Source of the DNA: a virus
Lineage: Duplodnaviria > Caudoviricetes
Length of the DNA stretch: 64,000 nucleotides
Direction: 5' to 3' (one strand)
IMG/VR virus record: IMGVR_UViG_3300033121_002101
Span: 64,001-128,000 of that record
How positions within the stretch are numbered: the first letter of the stretch is position 1; every line of letters starts with the position of its first letter. The translations under genes and the position numbers were made by a program. Below the pieces are notes generated by a model, which worked only from the letters and a program-made list of their open reading frames with translations, was not told the origin of the DNA and made no database searches. Shown here piece after piece: positions 47,824 to 57,378 of this stretch.

Positions 47824-48198
47824 ATGAAAGATTTATTCTGGAGCAATATAGATAAGATAGCAGCATTCGCACTAACTGTTATTGGTGCAATGTATGGTAC
47901 TTGGAGAAAATTCAATGCAAGGATTGTTAAACTAGAGTCTGAAGATGGATTGAATAAATCTAAACTGAAAGATTCAAGACATGAAATCTCTGAATTGAAA
48001 ATTAGAATCGGTGTAATAGAAACAGAACATAAAAAATTTGAAACAACATTGCAAAATGCATTATCAAGAATAGACGCAAAGCTTGAAGCAATAAATGAGT
48101 TAAAAATCACAGTTGAAAGAAATGATGCTACACTTGCTGCTCTTCGCGATAATATGAAGGAGTTGAGGGATGACATTAAGACCCTCATACGAGATTGA
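47824..48198 (+). CDS. Single-TM coiled-coil protein, holin-like
   Basis: IAAFALTVIGAMYGTW followed by heptads; SD GAGG. Confidence 0.55.
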   Translation: MKDLFWSNIDKIAAFALTVIGAMYGTWRKFNARIVKLESEDGLNKSKLKDSRHEISELKIRIGVIETEHKKFETTLQNALSRIDAKLEAINELKITVERNDATLAALRDNMKELRDDIKTLIRD

Positions 48199-50953
48199 TA
48201 GTGTAAATGAAGAAGAAGCTCAGAAACCGTATGCTGAAGTACAGGCTGCTAATACGCAAGCCGTAAAAGATGCGATTTCAGCTAACATCTCTCTTTTACA
48301 AAAACACGGCTTAGTTCCAAAGAAAACACTTGGGAGAGGTCGTAATGGTATTGCTTTTTCTCTAGACGACAATAGAGTAATAAAACTTACAACAGATCAA
48401 GATGAAGCAAAAGCATCTTCTAAGATACAGGGCAAAAAATCAAAAAATGTAGTCAAGATAATTTCTACATTTAAATTTCCGAGCTCAAACGTGTATGGGA
48501 TAGTTCAAGAAAAATTATTCCCTCTTTCTCAAAATGAGAAGAATATGCTTAGTACAGCTCTTAGGATTGTAGATTATTTTGTTAAGCAGATGAAAGAAAA
48601 AGGAACTGGCGGATACAGAGAAGTATACGGCTCAGGATGGCAACATTTCAGTAAAATAATGTTGATGCAAGGTGATGCCAACTTTACAAAAGATGATGTA
48701 AAGAAATCATTGAAAGTTTTATCTGCTTTTAAAATTCCACAAATGATGGATGAATTGCTGTCGCGCGGCATTATGTTTTTTGATTATCATACTGGGAACA
48801 TAATGAAAAATGCTGGCGGCGATTACGTTGTAACAGATCTTGGTGTTTCAACTGTGCATAACGCTTTAGAACCAACACAGATAGAATCTATAAAAAAAGA
48901 AGATGCAAATAACAGTGAGACAGCATTTGAATCTGAACTTCACAAAAATAAAACTCTTCTTATAAAAAACAATATAAGACCAGCAAAATTTATAGCAGCT
49001 GGAACAAGAGGCGAAACTTATCTTTGCGCAGACGGAAAAGTTTTAAAAATTACGATGGATAGATCTGAAGCTGCTGCTAGTTTAAAAGTTCAGGGAAAAG
49101 ATTTGCCAGGTGTTGTAAAAGTATACAAAGTGTTTTGCTTTCCTGGAGACTTAGGGTTTTATGGAATTCTACAAGAAAGACTTTTTCCATTATCAAGTGC
49201 AGATGAAAATAGATTGTCTTGGGCAAACAAAGTAATTGGAAATGTTCTTTCTAATAACGGCGGAATAGCTGTTTATAGGCATGGTTGGCAAGAGATGGTC
49301 AAGAAAATTGGTCAATCACTTGTTAAACTTGGCGTAAAAAAAGGAGATCAGCTTTACAATAACGTAACGTTATGCTTAAGAACATATTCTGAACTTGGTA
49401 TAAAGCAGATGATGGAAAGTCTTGTTGGCATTGGAGTTGCTTTCCATGATTACCATCCAGGAAATGTAATGAGAAGAACAGATGGATCGTTCGTCATAAC
49501 AGATCTTGGAGCTTCAATAGTAAACGGCGAAAATGATATCCCTGTTCTAGAAAAGAATATAAATGAAAGAACAAGTGATACAGTTAGTATTGTAAGATGT
49601 AATATTCTTCCACTGAATAAAGTTCAGTCTGGTTTTATAAGAAATTTAGCAAAAAGCGGAAAAGTCATTATAGTTGATGATTCAGCAGATTTAGATTCAC
49701 TTAAAGAGCTTGTTACAGCTTCATTACCTGATTTAGAAGACTCAATAGAAATATACGGCGGAAAAGGATTGTCTGGTGGAGGCTTGAGCAGAATTTTTAA
49801 AGACTCTCCTGCTCTTAAAAAAGGAATCGCTGTAAATTTGTATTCAACAAATTCAGAACAAGATTATAAAGAACTAGTTTCTATAGGTTCTCCTGTTTTG
49901 AAAAAAGAAATACCTCAAGGAATCTTTAATGCGAAAATTCCAGTGAATAGAGCAGCTGCAAAGAATGAATTAGACCCTCATGTTTTTTCAGATAAAGCGC
50001 GTGAAATAAAAGTGTTTAAAGCGCTTGGAATTGAGTCTTTAAGCAAAACGATTGAAAGTGTTATTATAGAACATTATCTTAAAGATATTGGAGGTGTTGA
50101 AGGAACGAAAAAAATTCTTTCGTATAATCTCCCGTCGATAATGAAAAGGCTTAACAAGAAAAATTTAAATCCACACTTTATAGGTTCTGGAACAAAAGGC
50201 GCTGTTTTTGATATCGGCGATAACAGAGTAATAAAGATTTCAAGCGACGTAAAAGATGTATCATCTGCTGCTAAACTAAAAGGCAAACATTTAAAGCATG
50301 TAACAACAATATACGATGCATTTAAACTTCACAAAGTTCCAGAAGTAAACTATGATGTGTACGGTATAGTTGCAGAAAAGATTGAAATTCTATCAGAAGA
50401 AGAATCAGATCGTTTCAATGAAGCATTTTCGTATGTTCGTGATGCAAGAGATCAAGACAAACTGTTTTCTTTATTAGCTGCAAATAAATTAGAAGAATTT
50501 TTTGATGTATTAAGAAAAGATATAGCAAGTGAAGAAATGGAAAACGCTGTTGGCTCTTCTCTCTCAAAACGCGAAAAAATAATCGCTGGCATACCAAAGC
50601 TTGTTGAAGATAGAGTGCGAATGATATGGGATAGAATGAGAGAGTTCAACATACCAGAAATGATAGAAGAGCTGTCATCAGAAGGCGTTTTATATGCAGA
50701 TTACAAAGGTGACAATATAGGAAAAAGAGCAAGTGGTTCTGGATATGTTTTGCTTGACATAGGCGGTAAGTCACAGGGTGCACCACCCGAAGAACTTGAA
50801 ATGAATGATGAACCAGTAAAGCAAGAAAGCGTTTTTAGTGCAGGTGGTGATATGCATAGAGTTTCACCAACATCATCATTTCAGTCTTCATATTGGAGTA
50901 ATGGAATACGACCCGGAATAACAAACACTGAGGAAAGTGATTTCGATAGTTAA
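48170..50953 (+). CDS. Protein with three tandem protein-kinase-like domains
   Basis: Gly loops GRGRNG, AAGTRG, GSGTKG; VIK/VLK lysines; catalytic loops DYHTGN, DYHPGN, DYKGDN; DLG/DLG/DIG. Confidence 0.85.
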   Translation: MTLRPSYEIDSVNEEEAQKPYAEVQAANTQAVKDAISANISLLQKHGLVPKKTLGRGRNGIAFSLDDNRVIKLTTDQDEAKASSKIQGKKSKNVVKIISTFKFPSSNVYGIVQEKLFPLSQNEKNMLSTALRIVDYFVKQMKEKGTGGYREVYGSGWQHFSKIMLMQGDANFTKDDVKKSLKVLSAFKIPQMMDELLSRGIMFFDYHTGNIMKNAGGDYVVTDLGVSTVHNALEPTQIESIKKEDANNSETAFESELHKNKTLLIKNNIRPAKFIAAGTRGETYLCADGKVLKITMDRSEAAASLKVQGKDLPGVVKVYKVFCFPGDLGFYGILQERLFPLSSADENRLSWANKVIGNVLSNNGGIAVYRHGWQEMVKKIGQSLVKLGVKKGDQLYNNVTLCLRTYSELGIKQMMESLVGIGVAFHDYHPGNVMRRTDGSFVITDLGASIVNGENDIPVLEKNINERTSDTVSIVRCNILPLNKVQSGFIRNLAKSGKVIIVDDSADLDSLKELVTASLPDLEDSIEIYGGKGLSGGGLSRIFKDSPALKKGIAVNLYSTNSEQDYKELVSIGSPVLKKEIPQGIFNAKIPVNRAAAKNELDPHVFSDKAREIKVFKALGIESLSKTIESVIIEHYLKDIGGVEGTKKILSYNLPSIMKRLNKKNLNPHFIGSGTKGAVFDIGDNRVIKISSDVKDVSSAAKLKGKHLKHVTTIYDAFKLHKVPEVNYDVYGIVAEKIEILSEEESDRFNEAFSYVRDARDQDKLFSLLAANKLEEFFDVLRKDIASEEMENAVGSSLSKREKIIAGIPKLVEDRVRMIWDRMREFNIPEMIEELSSEGVLYADYKGDNIGKRASGSGYVLLDIGGKSQGAPPEELEMNDEPVKQESVFSAGGDMHRVSPTSSFQSSYWSNGIRPGITNTEESDFDS

Positions 50954-51021
50954 ATTTAATTTTACAGATATCGCAAATAATTTATTTGATATATTTGTTT
51001 AATAAGGTCAATTGAGATCTT

Positions 51022-51855
51022 ATGAGGAAGTATTACTTGACAGATGAAAAAACAAAAACATCAGATGAAGAAGTAATTGATCTTGTATTTGACAAGAAAA
51101 AAATTGATTGGAAACAATGGTCTGTTAAAAACAAAACAGAGTTTTCTTCTAACAGAAGAGGAATTGGTTCCGGAGAAGAAAAACTATCAAATGAATTATT
51201 GCTAAATGACATGACAAAAAGTTTTATGTCAGATGGCAATTCAGACTATGATATAATAACAGACATTGGCACATTTGAAGTAAAAGCACCAGACTCTTCA
51301 GGCAGAATACTTACAGCAAGTAAAGGGTATGAAGCTTATAAAGACTTTATGTCTGAATGTTCAAGCATGTTTTTTTCATTTGAACCTTTGCTTTCAAATT
51401 TTAAAGAAGAGTTTGTAGACATGTTTATGTCTAACAAAAATAAATTTGACAAAGGAAATTTTACTGGCAACACGATTCAATTTATAGGCAATGTAATTGA
51501 GATGTTGTCTGAAATAATTGAAGAAGAAAAAAATAAAATGCAAGTAACAGCCATTCATGAATGGTTATCAGATACTTCTGTGTTTTATTCTGATGCTTTA
51601 GTCTTTCCAAGTGAGTGTATATCAGCAGATTATATTGCTCTTGTGTGTGAAGAAGGTTATGCTTTGTTGAGCAGGTTTGATGCTGATAATATATTTAATT
51701 TTCAAGGAGACGTTTGGGGCGGCCGTCCAAAATTCTTCTCTGAACAAGCAACAAAAAAGAATCGAAATAAAGTTTTACAAACAAAAAAACGAAATAAAAA
51801 GCTTGATAAAATAAAAACAATAGAAAACTTACAAAAAAAAGGAAGATGGATATAA
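51022..51855 (+). CDS. PD-(D/E)xK nuclease-like protein
   Basis: GSGE...SDYDI......FEVK; very basic C-terminal tail. Confidence 0.5.
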   Translation: MRKYYLTDEKTKTSDEEVIDLVFDKKKIDWKQWSVKNKTEFSSNRRGIGSGEEKLSNELLLNDMTKSFMSDGNSDYDIITDIGTFEVKAPDSSGRILTASKGYEAYKDFMSECSSMFFSFEPLLSNFKEEFVDMFMSNKNKFDKGNFTGNTIQFIGNVIEMLSEIIEEEKNKMQVTAIHEWLSDTSVFYSDALVFPSECISADYIALVCEEGYALLSRFDADNIFNFQGDVWGGRPKFFSEQATKKNRNKVLQTKKRNKKLDKIKTIENLQKKGRWI

Positions 51856-51858
51856 AAA

Positions 51859-52743
51859 ATGGCAACAATTGAACAAATGAGAGAAAAGCTTCGTAAACTT
51901 AATGAACGTGGTGGTGGGTCGAACAAGAAATGGTTCCCAAAAGACAAACACGTTGTTAGATTATTACCTCTTACTGGTCAAGAAGAACCGTATAAGGTAA
52001 TTTGGTTTCATTACAACTTAGGAAAGTTTCCACTTTATTGTCCAAAGCAGAACAGTGGATCTGATTGTAGTGTATGTGATCTTTCTGCTGCTTTAAAAGA
52101 GTGGGATGATGATAAGTCAGAGGCTGATCGTAAAGCAGATTTCAAGCAAGGTTGCAAGCTTGAAGCAGGTCCAAAGTATTATTTTTCGATGGTTGAGAGA
52201 GTAACTGATGCCGAATCGAAGAAAGTTACAAACAGCCAACCTGCTTGGTGGTCTTTAAATGAAAATGCTTTTAAAGAACTCGGCAACATTATTACAAAAG
52301 ATGACTCGCTAGAAATTCATACTGAGTCAATGGCTGCGTTGAAGTTAGATCCTGTTGATGACGTGTGGCAAGTTTTAGTTAATTCAAAAACTGCTTTTGA
52401 CATTGAAGTTGACCTTAGAAAAGCAAACAACGAAGATGGCAAAGGTAATGCAAAGAAATTTAATCAAACTGTCATTACAGAGAAAAAGAGATGTTCTCCT
52501 CTTTCAAAAGATCAAGCAGAAGAGAAAAAGATACTTGAATCAATTCCAGATTTTTCTGGCGTAGAAAAGTCATTAACATCTGATGAGATTAATAAGCATC
52601 TTGAAACTTTCTTGTCTGCTGGATCGAAAGATGCAAAGTCTGATTCTGATGGTACGGAAAAGTCTGCTGATGTAAATAATGAGAAGCCAGCTGACGGCAA
52701 GAGATCTGTAGAAGATGCACTTGCTGACATAATGAAAGACTGA
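51859..52743 (+). CDS. gp32: Single-stranded DNA-binding protein (T4 gp32-like)
   Basis: VRLLP, FHY...CPK......CSVC zinc site, acidic C-terminus. Confidence 0.85.
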   Translation: MATIEQMREKLRKLNERGGGSNKKWFPKDKHVVRLLPLTGQEEPYKVIWFHYNLGKFPLYCPKQNSGSDCSVCDLSAALKEWDDDKSEADRKADFKQGCKLEAGPKYYFSMVERVTDAESKKVTNSQPAWWSLNENAFKELGNIITKDDSLEIHTESMAALKLDPVDDVWQVLVNSKTAFDIEVDLRKANNEDGKGNAKKFNQTVITEKKRCSPLSKDQAEEKKILESIPDFSGVEKSLTSDEINKHLETFLSAGSKDAKSDSDGTEKSADVNNEKPADGKRSVEDALADIMKD

Positions 52744-52752
52744 TTTTTCTTT

Positions 52753-52821
52753 ACAAAAGAGCAGTAAGCTTGTGTTTTTGCGTCTATGAAACGCAATAAT
52801 ATTTGCTTATTGTTCTTTTGT
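52753..52821. repeat. Long imperfect hairpin after the SSB gene
   Basis: CAAAAGAGCAGTAAGC pairs with GCTTATTGTTCTTTTG (16 bp, 2 G-U); inner stem TTGCGT/ACGCAA. Confidence 0.65.
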
Positions 52822-52838
52822 CATTTAGGAAATAATTT

Positions 52839-53306
52839 ATGAAAACAATAAGCGGAATAATAACAGGATGTCATCCGTTGCTTGACGGATTTAAAGTTGT
52901 TGTACTTGACACAGACACATCACCATCTAAAAACGATGAGCTGATGTATCTTGTTATATCAATAGACGGATACAACTTAACAGAAAATCTCTTTTTAAGT
53001 TTTAAAAATATAGATCAGTTATCTCTTGTAAAAGAAAATGAATTTACCGCTACAAAAGAAAATGGTGTTGGTAAGTTTTTAGCTTCAAATGTCTATGATA
53101 TAGACGGTAATAAATTAACAATAAACAAATTTACTAACAGCACACATGTAAATTTAAGATATGACAGTAAAAAACATGTTGAAGATGCTGTTTTTTGGGG
53201 CGACTTTGATATAGAAAGTTTCTTAGAAAAGTCGTTGCATCAAATGATTTTTGAAATGAGAAAACTAAGATCTACAAAAGAAACGGAGAATAACAGTGGC
53301 GCCTAA
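52839..53306 (+). CDS. Hypothetical protein
   Basis: SD AGGA; intact 155-aa ORF. Confidence 0.65.
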   Translation: MKTISGIITGCHPLLDGFKVVVLDTDTSPSKNDELMYLVISIDGYNLTENLFLSFKNIDQLSLVKENEFTATKENGVGKFLASNVYDIDGNKLTINKFTNSTHVNLRYDSKKHVEDAVFWGDFDIESFLEKSLHQMIFEMRKLRSTKETENNSGA

Positions 53307-54504
53307 AAAAAAGGTAACAGAAGAAAAAGATTCATCGCAATCTGATGTAGATCCAGCTAAGATTCTAAAAACACTTAAAGATAGCTTTAACAAAGATAAA
53401 GGCGATGACGACTATGTCGCATGGAATCTTTCAGTAGATGAAAATCCAACTTCTGTCAAAGAATTTATTTCTACTGGTAGTACTTTGCTAGACTATATTG
53501 TTTCTAATAGAAGAAACGGCGGAATTCCAGTAGGAAAGATTACTGAGATTCAGGGTGAAGAAGCTTCTGGAAAGTCTCTTATAGCTGCACACATAATTGC
53601 AAATGTTCAAGCAAAGGGTGGCGTTGCTGTTTACATCGATACTGAAAATGCAATGAACCCTGAGTTTGCAAAACAAGTTGGTGTTGACCTATCAAAAGTT
53701 TTATACCTACAGCCAGGAACGATTGAAGCTTGTTTTGAAGCAATAGAAAAATGCATAACATTTGTTAGAACAAAAAATTCAAATGCGCTGTTCGTGATAA
53801 TTTGGGATTCAATTGCGGCGACACCACCACAAGCAGAAATAGAAGGCGATTACGATCCAAACTCAAGAATTGGATTAATGGCAAAAGCGCTTGCAAAGGG
53901 AATGAGAAAACTTACAAACACGTTTGGAAAAGAGCGTGTAACGATGGTCTTTACAAATCAGCTTAAGATGAGACCTGGCGTGATGTACGGTGACCCATTT
54001 GTAACTCCAGGCGGAAAAGCGATTCCGTATCATGCTTCTGCAAGAATAAGACTTTCAAGTTCTACAAAACTTAAAGATCAAAAGACAAATGAAGTTTTTG
54101 GAATTAAGACAAACGGAAAGATAGTGAAAACAAGATTAGGACCGCCGCACAGATCTTGTACATTTCAGATACACTTCTCAAGCGGAATCGATGATGTAGG
54201 TTCATGGAGAGATTTCTTGCATGAAAGAAAAATCATAGAAAAAAGAGCTGGTTACATGATAATGGAAAATGTACCAGGAGAAGATGTTATTGATCAAAAA
54301 ACTGGTGAGATTAAACCAGGAGAAGATATTGCTGAATTGAAGTTCAGAGAGTCTGAATGGAATACACTTATTGAAACTCGTCCGATGTTTAAAGAATATG
54401 TTCTCTCTCTTTTAGAGAAGTTAATGATAGTCGCATATGACAGTAAAGCTCCTCAGGTAGACTCAGATTCTATAATTGAAGAAGTTTCAGACCACGATGA
54501 ATAA
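53296..54504 (+). CDS. recA: RecA/UvsX recombinase
   Basis: ISTGS..LD, GGIPVGKITEI.GEEASGKS, YIDTENA, WDSIAA, FTNQL, TPGGKAI.YHAS.R. Confidence 0.96.
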   Translation: MAPKKKVTEEKDSSQSDVDPAKILKTLKDSFNKDKGDDDYVAWNLSVDENPTSVKEFISTGSTLLDYIVSNRRNGGIPVGKITEIQGEEASGKSLIAAHIIANVQAKGGVAVYIDTENAMNPEFAKQVGVDLSKVLYLQPGTIEACFEAIEKCITFVRTKNSNALFVIIWDSIAATPPQAEIEGDYDPNSRIGLMAKALAKGMRKLTNTFGKERVTMVFTNQLKMRPGVMYGDPFVTPGGKAIPYHASARIRLSSSTKLKDQKTNEVFGIKTNGKIVKTRLGPPHRSCTFQIHFSSGIDDVGSWRDFLHERKIIEKRAGYMIMENVPGEDVIDQKTGEIKPGEDIAELKFRESEWNTLIETRPMFKEYVLSLLEKLMIVAYDSKAPQVDSDSIIEEVSDHDE

Positions 54505-54552
54505 TAAATGAACTTTATTCGTTGATAAAATTTCATCGATCATATTCAACAG

Positions 54553-54969
54553 ATGCTGTCAGGTTTTATTAAAGCAGGGTCATTTATAAGATTCACTTAT
54601 AGTGGCTTAAAATCAGAAGATAAAAATAAAGAAATTCTTGTTTTGCATCCAAACTGGTTGGGTGAAGTTCACGGATTGGATCTCAAAAGAATTACTCCTG
54701 CTGAAAGAAAAGTATTAGAAGCAATTCTAGATCCTGAAACTAAAAATAAACAGCATCCATATCCTTTAGTGAATGACATTTTAAGAAGAATGGATCCGAT
54801 TGCGGAATTAAAAAATCCGCTTTCTGCATATCACAAACTTATAAAGCCGTTTATTAGAGATAAAAATTGTTATAGAAGATATAAAATATCTTTAATGTCT
54901 GCCACGCAAGTTATTAAAAAGTCTGCGATGGAAGGGCATGTAATAAATCCAAAACCACTTTTTAAGTGA
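54553..54969 (+). CDS. Hypothetical protein, weakly DNA end-protector (gp2)-like
   Basis: F.Y...HGLDL...CYRRY pattern; the function call is weak. Confidence 0.5.
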   Translation: MLSGFIKAGSFIRFTYSGLKSEDKNKEILVLHPNWLGEVHGLDLKRITPAERKVLEAILDPETKNKQHPYPLVNDILRRMDPIAELKNPLSAYHKLIKPFIRDKNCYRRYKISLMSATQVIKKSAMEGHVINPKPLFK

Positions 54970-54976
54970 GAAGTTT

Positions 54977-55981
54977 ATGGCGTTTGTAATAGCGTACAAG
55001 CCAACTTTTGTAATAGTTGATGCTTACAATTTTTTTATTAGACACTATGTTGTCAATCCGACAATGGACTCAAACGGTGAAGCTGCTGGCGGAGTCGTTG
55101 GCACTCTCAAGGGATTGAGAAATCTCGTTGATCGTTTTAAACCTACAGCAATGTTTGTTTGCTGGGATGGTGAAGGAAGTGCTGAAAGAAGAAGATCGAT
55201 AAGATCTGAATACAAAGAAGGAAGAAAAGTCAGACTAAACAGAGAGTATGACTTTGACTCTGATGCAAAAGTTGAGCTTAAGAATATGGATTCTCAGGTA
55301 AAACGTGTATCTGAGTATATTGATATGCTAGGTGTTCACCAGGTGCGTGCTGCGGGCGTTGAAGCCGATGATATTATAGCATACCTATCTACAATTCTTG
55401 GTGACTGTAGATGCATTGTAGTGTCTACGGACAGCGATTTACTTCAAATTGTAAATGACGATGTCCAAGTATACAATCCTGTAAAAGATCAAATAATAAG
55501 AAAAGAAGACGTTTTAAAAGAAAAAGATTGTCTACCTTCGAACTTTGCATGCTTAAAAGCAATATGCGGAGATAAAGGTGACAATGTTTCTGGCGTTCCT
55601 GGCGTTGGACCAAAATCTGTTACAAAACTTGTTCCAGAGTTAGCTACAGAAGAAGACATGGGATTGGGAAAAGTTCTTGATTTGATAGACGAGAGAGTTT
55701 CTGTTGGCAAAAAGAAAGACAAAAAAGCAGAAGCAATATCTGCAATGAGAGATCACATAGAAGAAAACATGAAATTGGTATCTCTAAAAGATCCACTTAT
55801 GTCAGCCGATGCTGCAAGATACGTTAGATCATCGTTAGAAGTCGTCAATGAATTTAAACCAATGAATGTTCGAATTAAATTGATTAATGATGGTATACAA
55901 TTAAGTGAAGATATCGATCGACAATTCACTGCAATGGCAAGCAGAAGTTCATTGTGGGCAAAAAGCAAGAAGGAAAAATGA
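54977..55981 (+). CDS. 5'-3' exonuclease/flap endonuclease (T4 RNase H-like)
   Basis: IVDAYN, WDG, YKEGR, EADDII, STDSDLLQ, GDKGDNVSGVPGVGPK. Confidence 0.93.
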   Translation: MAFVIAYKPTFVIVDAYNFFIRHYVVNPTMDSNGEAAGGVVGTLKGLRNLVDRFKPTAMFVCWDGEGSAERRRSIRSEYKEGRKVRLNREYDFDSDAKVELKNMDSQVKRVSEYIDMLGVHQVRAAGVEADDIIAYLSTILGDCRCIVVSTDSDLLQIVNDDVQVYNPVKDQIIRKEDVLKEKDCLPSNFACLKAICGDKGDNVSGVPGVGPKSVTKLVPELATEEDMGLGKVLDLIDERVSVGKKKDKKAEAISAMRDHIEENMKLVSLKDPLMSADAARYVRSSLEVVNEFKPMNVRIKLINDGIQLSEDIDRQFTAMASRSSLWAKSKKEK

Positions 55982-57378
55982 GCGAAAATATAGTTGAAAC
56001 ATTTGATAAAATGGGTAGACAGTATCAAGAGAAAGTTCTTGCTGCTGTTCTAACAGATATAAGTTTTGCAGACCAGATGTCAGATGTTCTTAAACCAAGT
56101 TATTTTTCTTTTACTCATTTGGAATCAATAGCAAGAGCATTCTTTAGCTATCATTCTAAGCATGGAAGCTTTCCAACTATTTCTTTGATACCAACACTTT
56201 TAAAACATGATCCAAAGTGGATGACAGATGAATTGACTCAAGAAATTGTTTCAAAGTATTTGGCGTCTGTTATTGATTCTCCGCTCTGTGGAGATAGAAA
56301 CTGGATAGAAGAAAGCAGCTTAGATTTTTGCAGAAGGCAAGCTGTAATAGAAGCAGTTGAAGGAATTCTCACAGACGTAGATAAATCAGATTACTCTCTG
56401 ATGAGAAAGAGAATGCAAGATGCACTTGAAAAAGGATCGAAAAAAGATTTTGGTCATGAAATTAGTGATGAGCTTTCGATTGAAGCAAGAGCGAAAAAAG
56501 CAGTTAGAGAACCGATAAGCACTGGATGGCCACCGCTAGATAAGGTTTTGAATGGTGGCTTGAAAAGAAAGACACTATCTACATTTATTGCAGCAACAGG
56601 CGCAGGAAAAAGCATGTTTCTTGTAAATGTTGGGTGTGCATTGGCGCAACAAGGATATAATGTTGTATACTTTTCACTTGAACTTAGCGAAGAAGATATA
56701 GCATTACGCTGTGATTCATATTTCGGAAACATTCCAATCGATTCAGTACCAGATAATACTGATAAGATTATTGATATAATGAAAAATGTTCCCGGAAGAA
56801 TGATTATCAAAGAGTATCCTACAAAAAGAGCTACGATAGATACTTTAAGAAATCATTTAGAGAGATTAAGATTAACAAAAAACTTTGTAGCAGATGCTGT
56901 AATAGTAGATTACGCTGATTTGCTTAAATCAATCGGCAATCATTCAGAAAGTAGACACGGTTTAACTGAAAATTATCAAGAACTAAGAGCATTTGCTTCA
57001 GATTATAATGTAATATGTGTAACAGCAGATCAAACAAATAGAGTTGGTCTTGAAACAGATCTCGTTACTATCGGTGAGATTGGCGAATGTTATGCAAAAG
57101 CATTAATTTGTGATTTGATTATGACAATTACTAGAAACCAGCAAATGAAATCAGAAGGAAGAGGAAGACTTTACAATGCAAAGTCAAGATTGGGTAAAGA
57201 CGGACAGGTTTTTGACTTTATGATGGACACAGACAAGTCTGTACGAGTAGAAATGTTAGATTTTGGATCTGAACCTATAACAGCAATGGCAAAAGACCCT
57301 GAAAGGAATAGACAGAGGATGAGAGAGATCATGGATGACATTAAAACAAAAGCTATCGCCAAGGAGAGCTATCAATGA
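55978..57378 (+). CDS. dnaB: Replicative helicase (DnaB/T4 gp41-like)
   Basis: STGW..LD, ATGAGKS, SLEL, IKEYPT, IVDYADL, QTNR, KSR.G. Confidence 0.94.
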   Translation: MSENIVETFDKMGRQYQEKVLAAVLTDISFADQMSDVLKPSYFSFTHLESIARAFFSYHSKHGSFPTISLIPTLLKHDPKWMTDELTQEIVSKYLASVIDSPLCGDRNWIEESSLDFCRRQAVIEAVEGILTDVDKSDYSLMRKRMQDALEKGSKKDFGHEISDELSIEARAKKAVREPISTGWPPLDKVLNGGLKRKTLSTFIAATGAGKSMFLVNVGCALAQQGYNVVYFSLELSEEDIALRCDSYFGNIPIDSVPDNTDKIIDIMKNVPGRMIIKEYPTKRATIDTLRNHLERLRLTKNFVADAVIVDYADLLKSIGNHSESRHGLTENYQELRAFASDYNVICVTADQTNRVGLETDLVTIGEIGECYAKALICDLIMTITRNQQMKSEGRGRLYNAKSRLGKDGQVFDFMMDTDKSVRVEMLDFGSEPITAMAKDPERNRQRMREIMDDIKTKAIAKESYQ

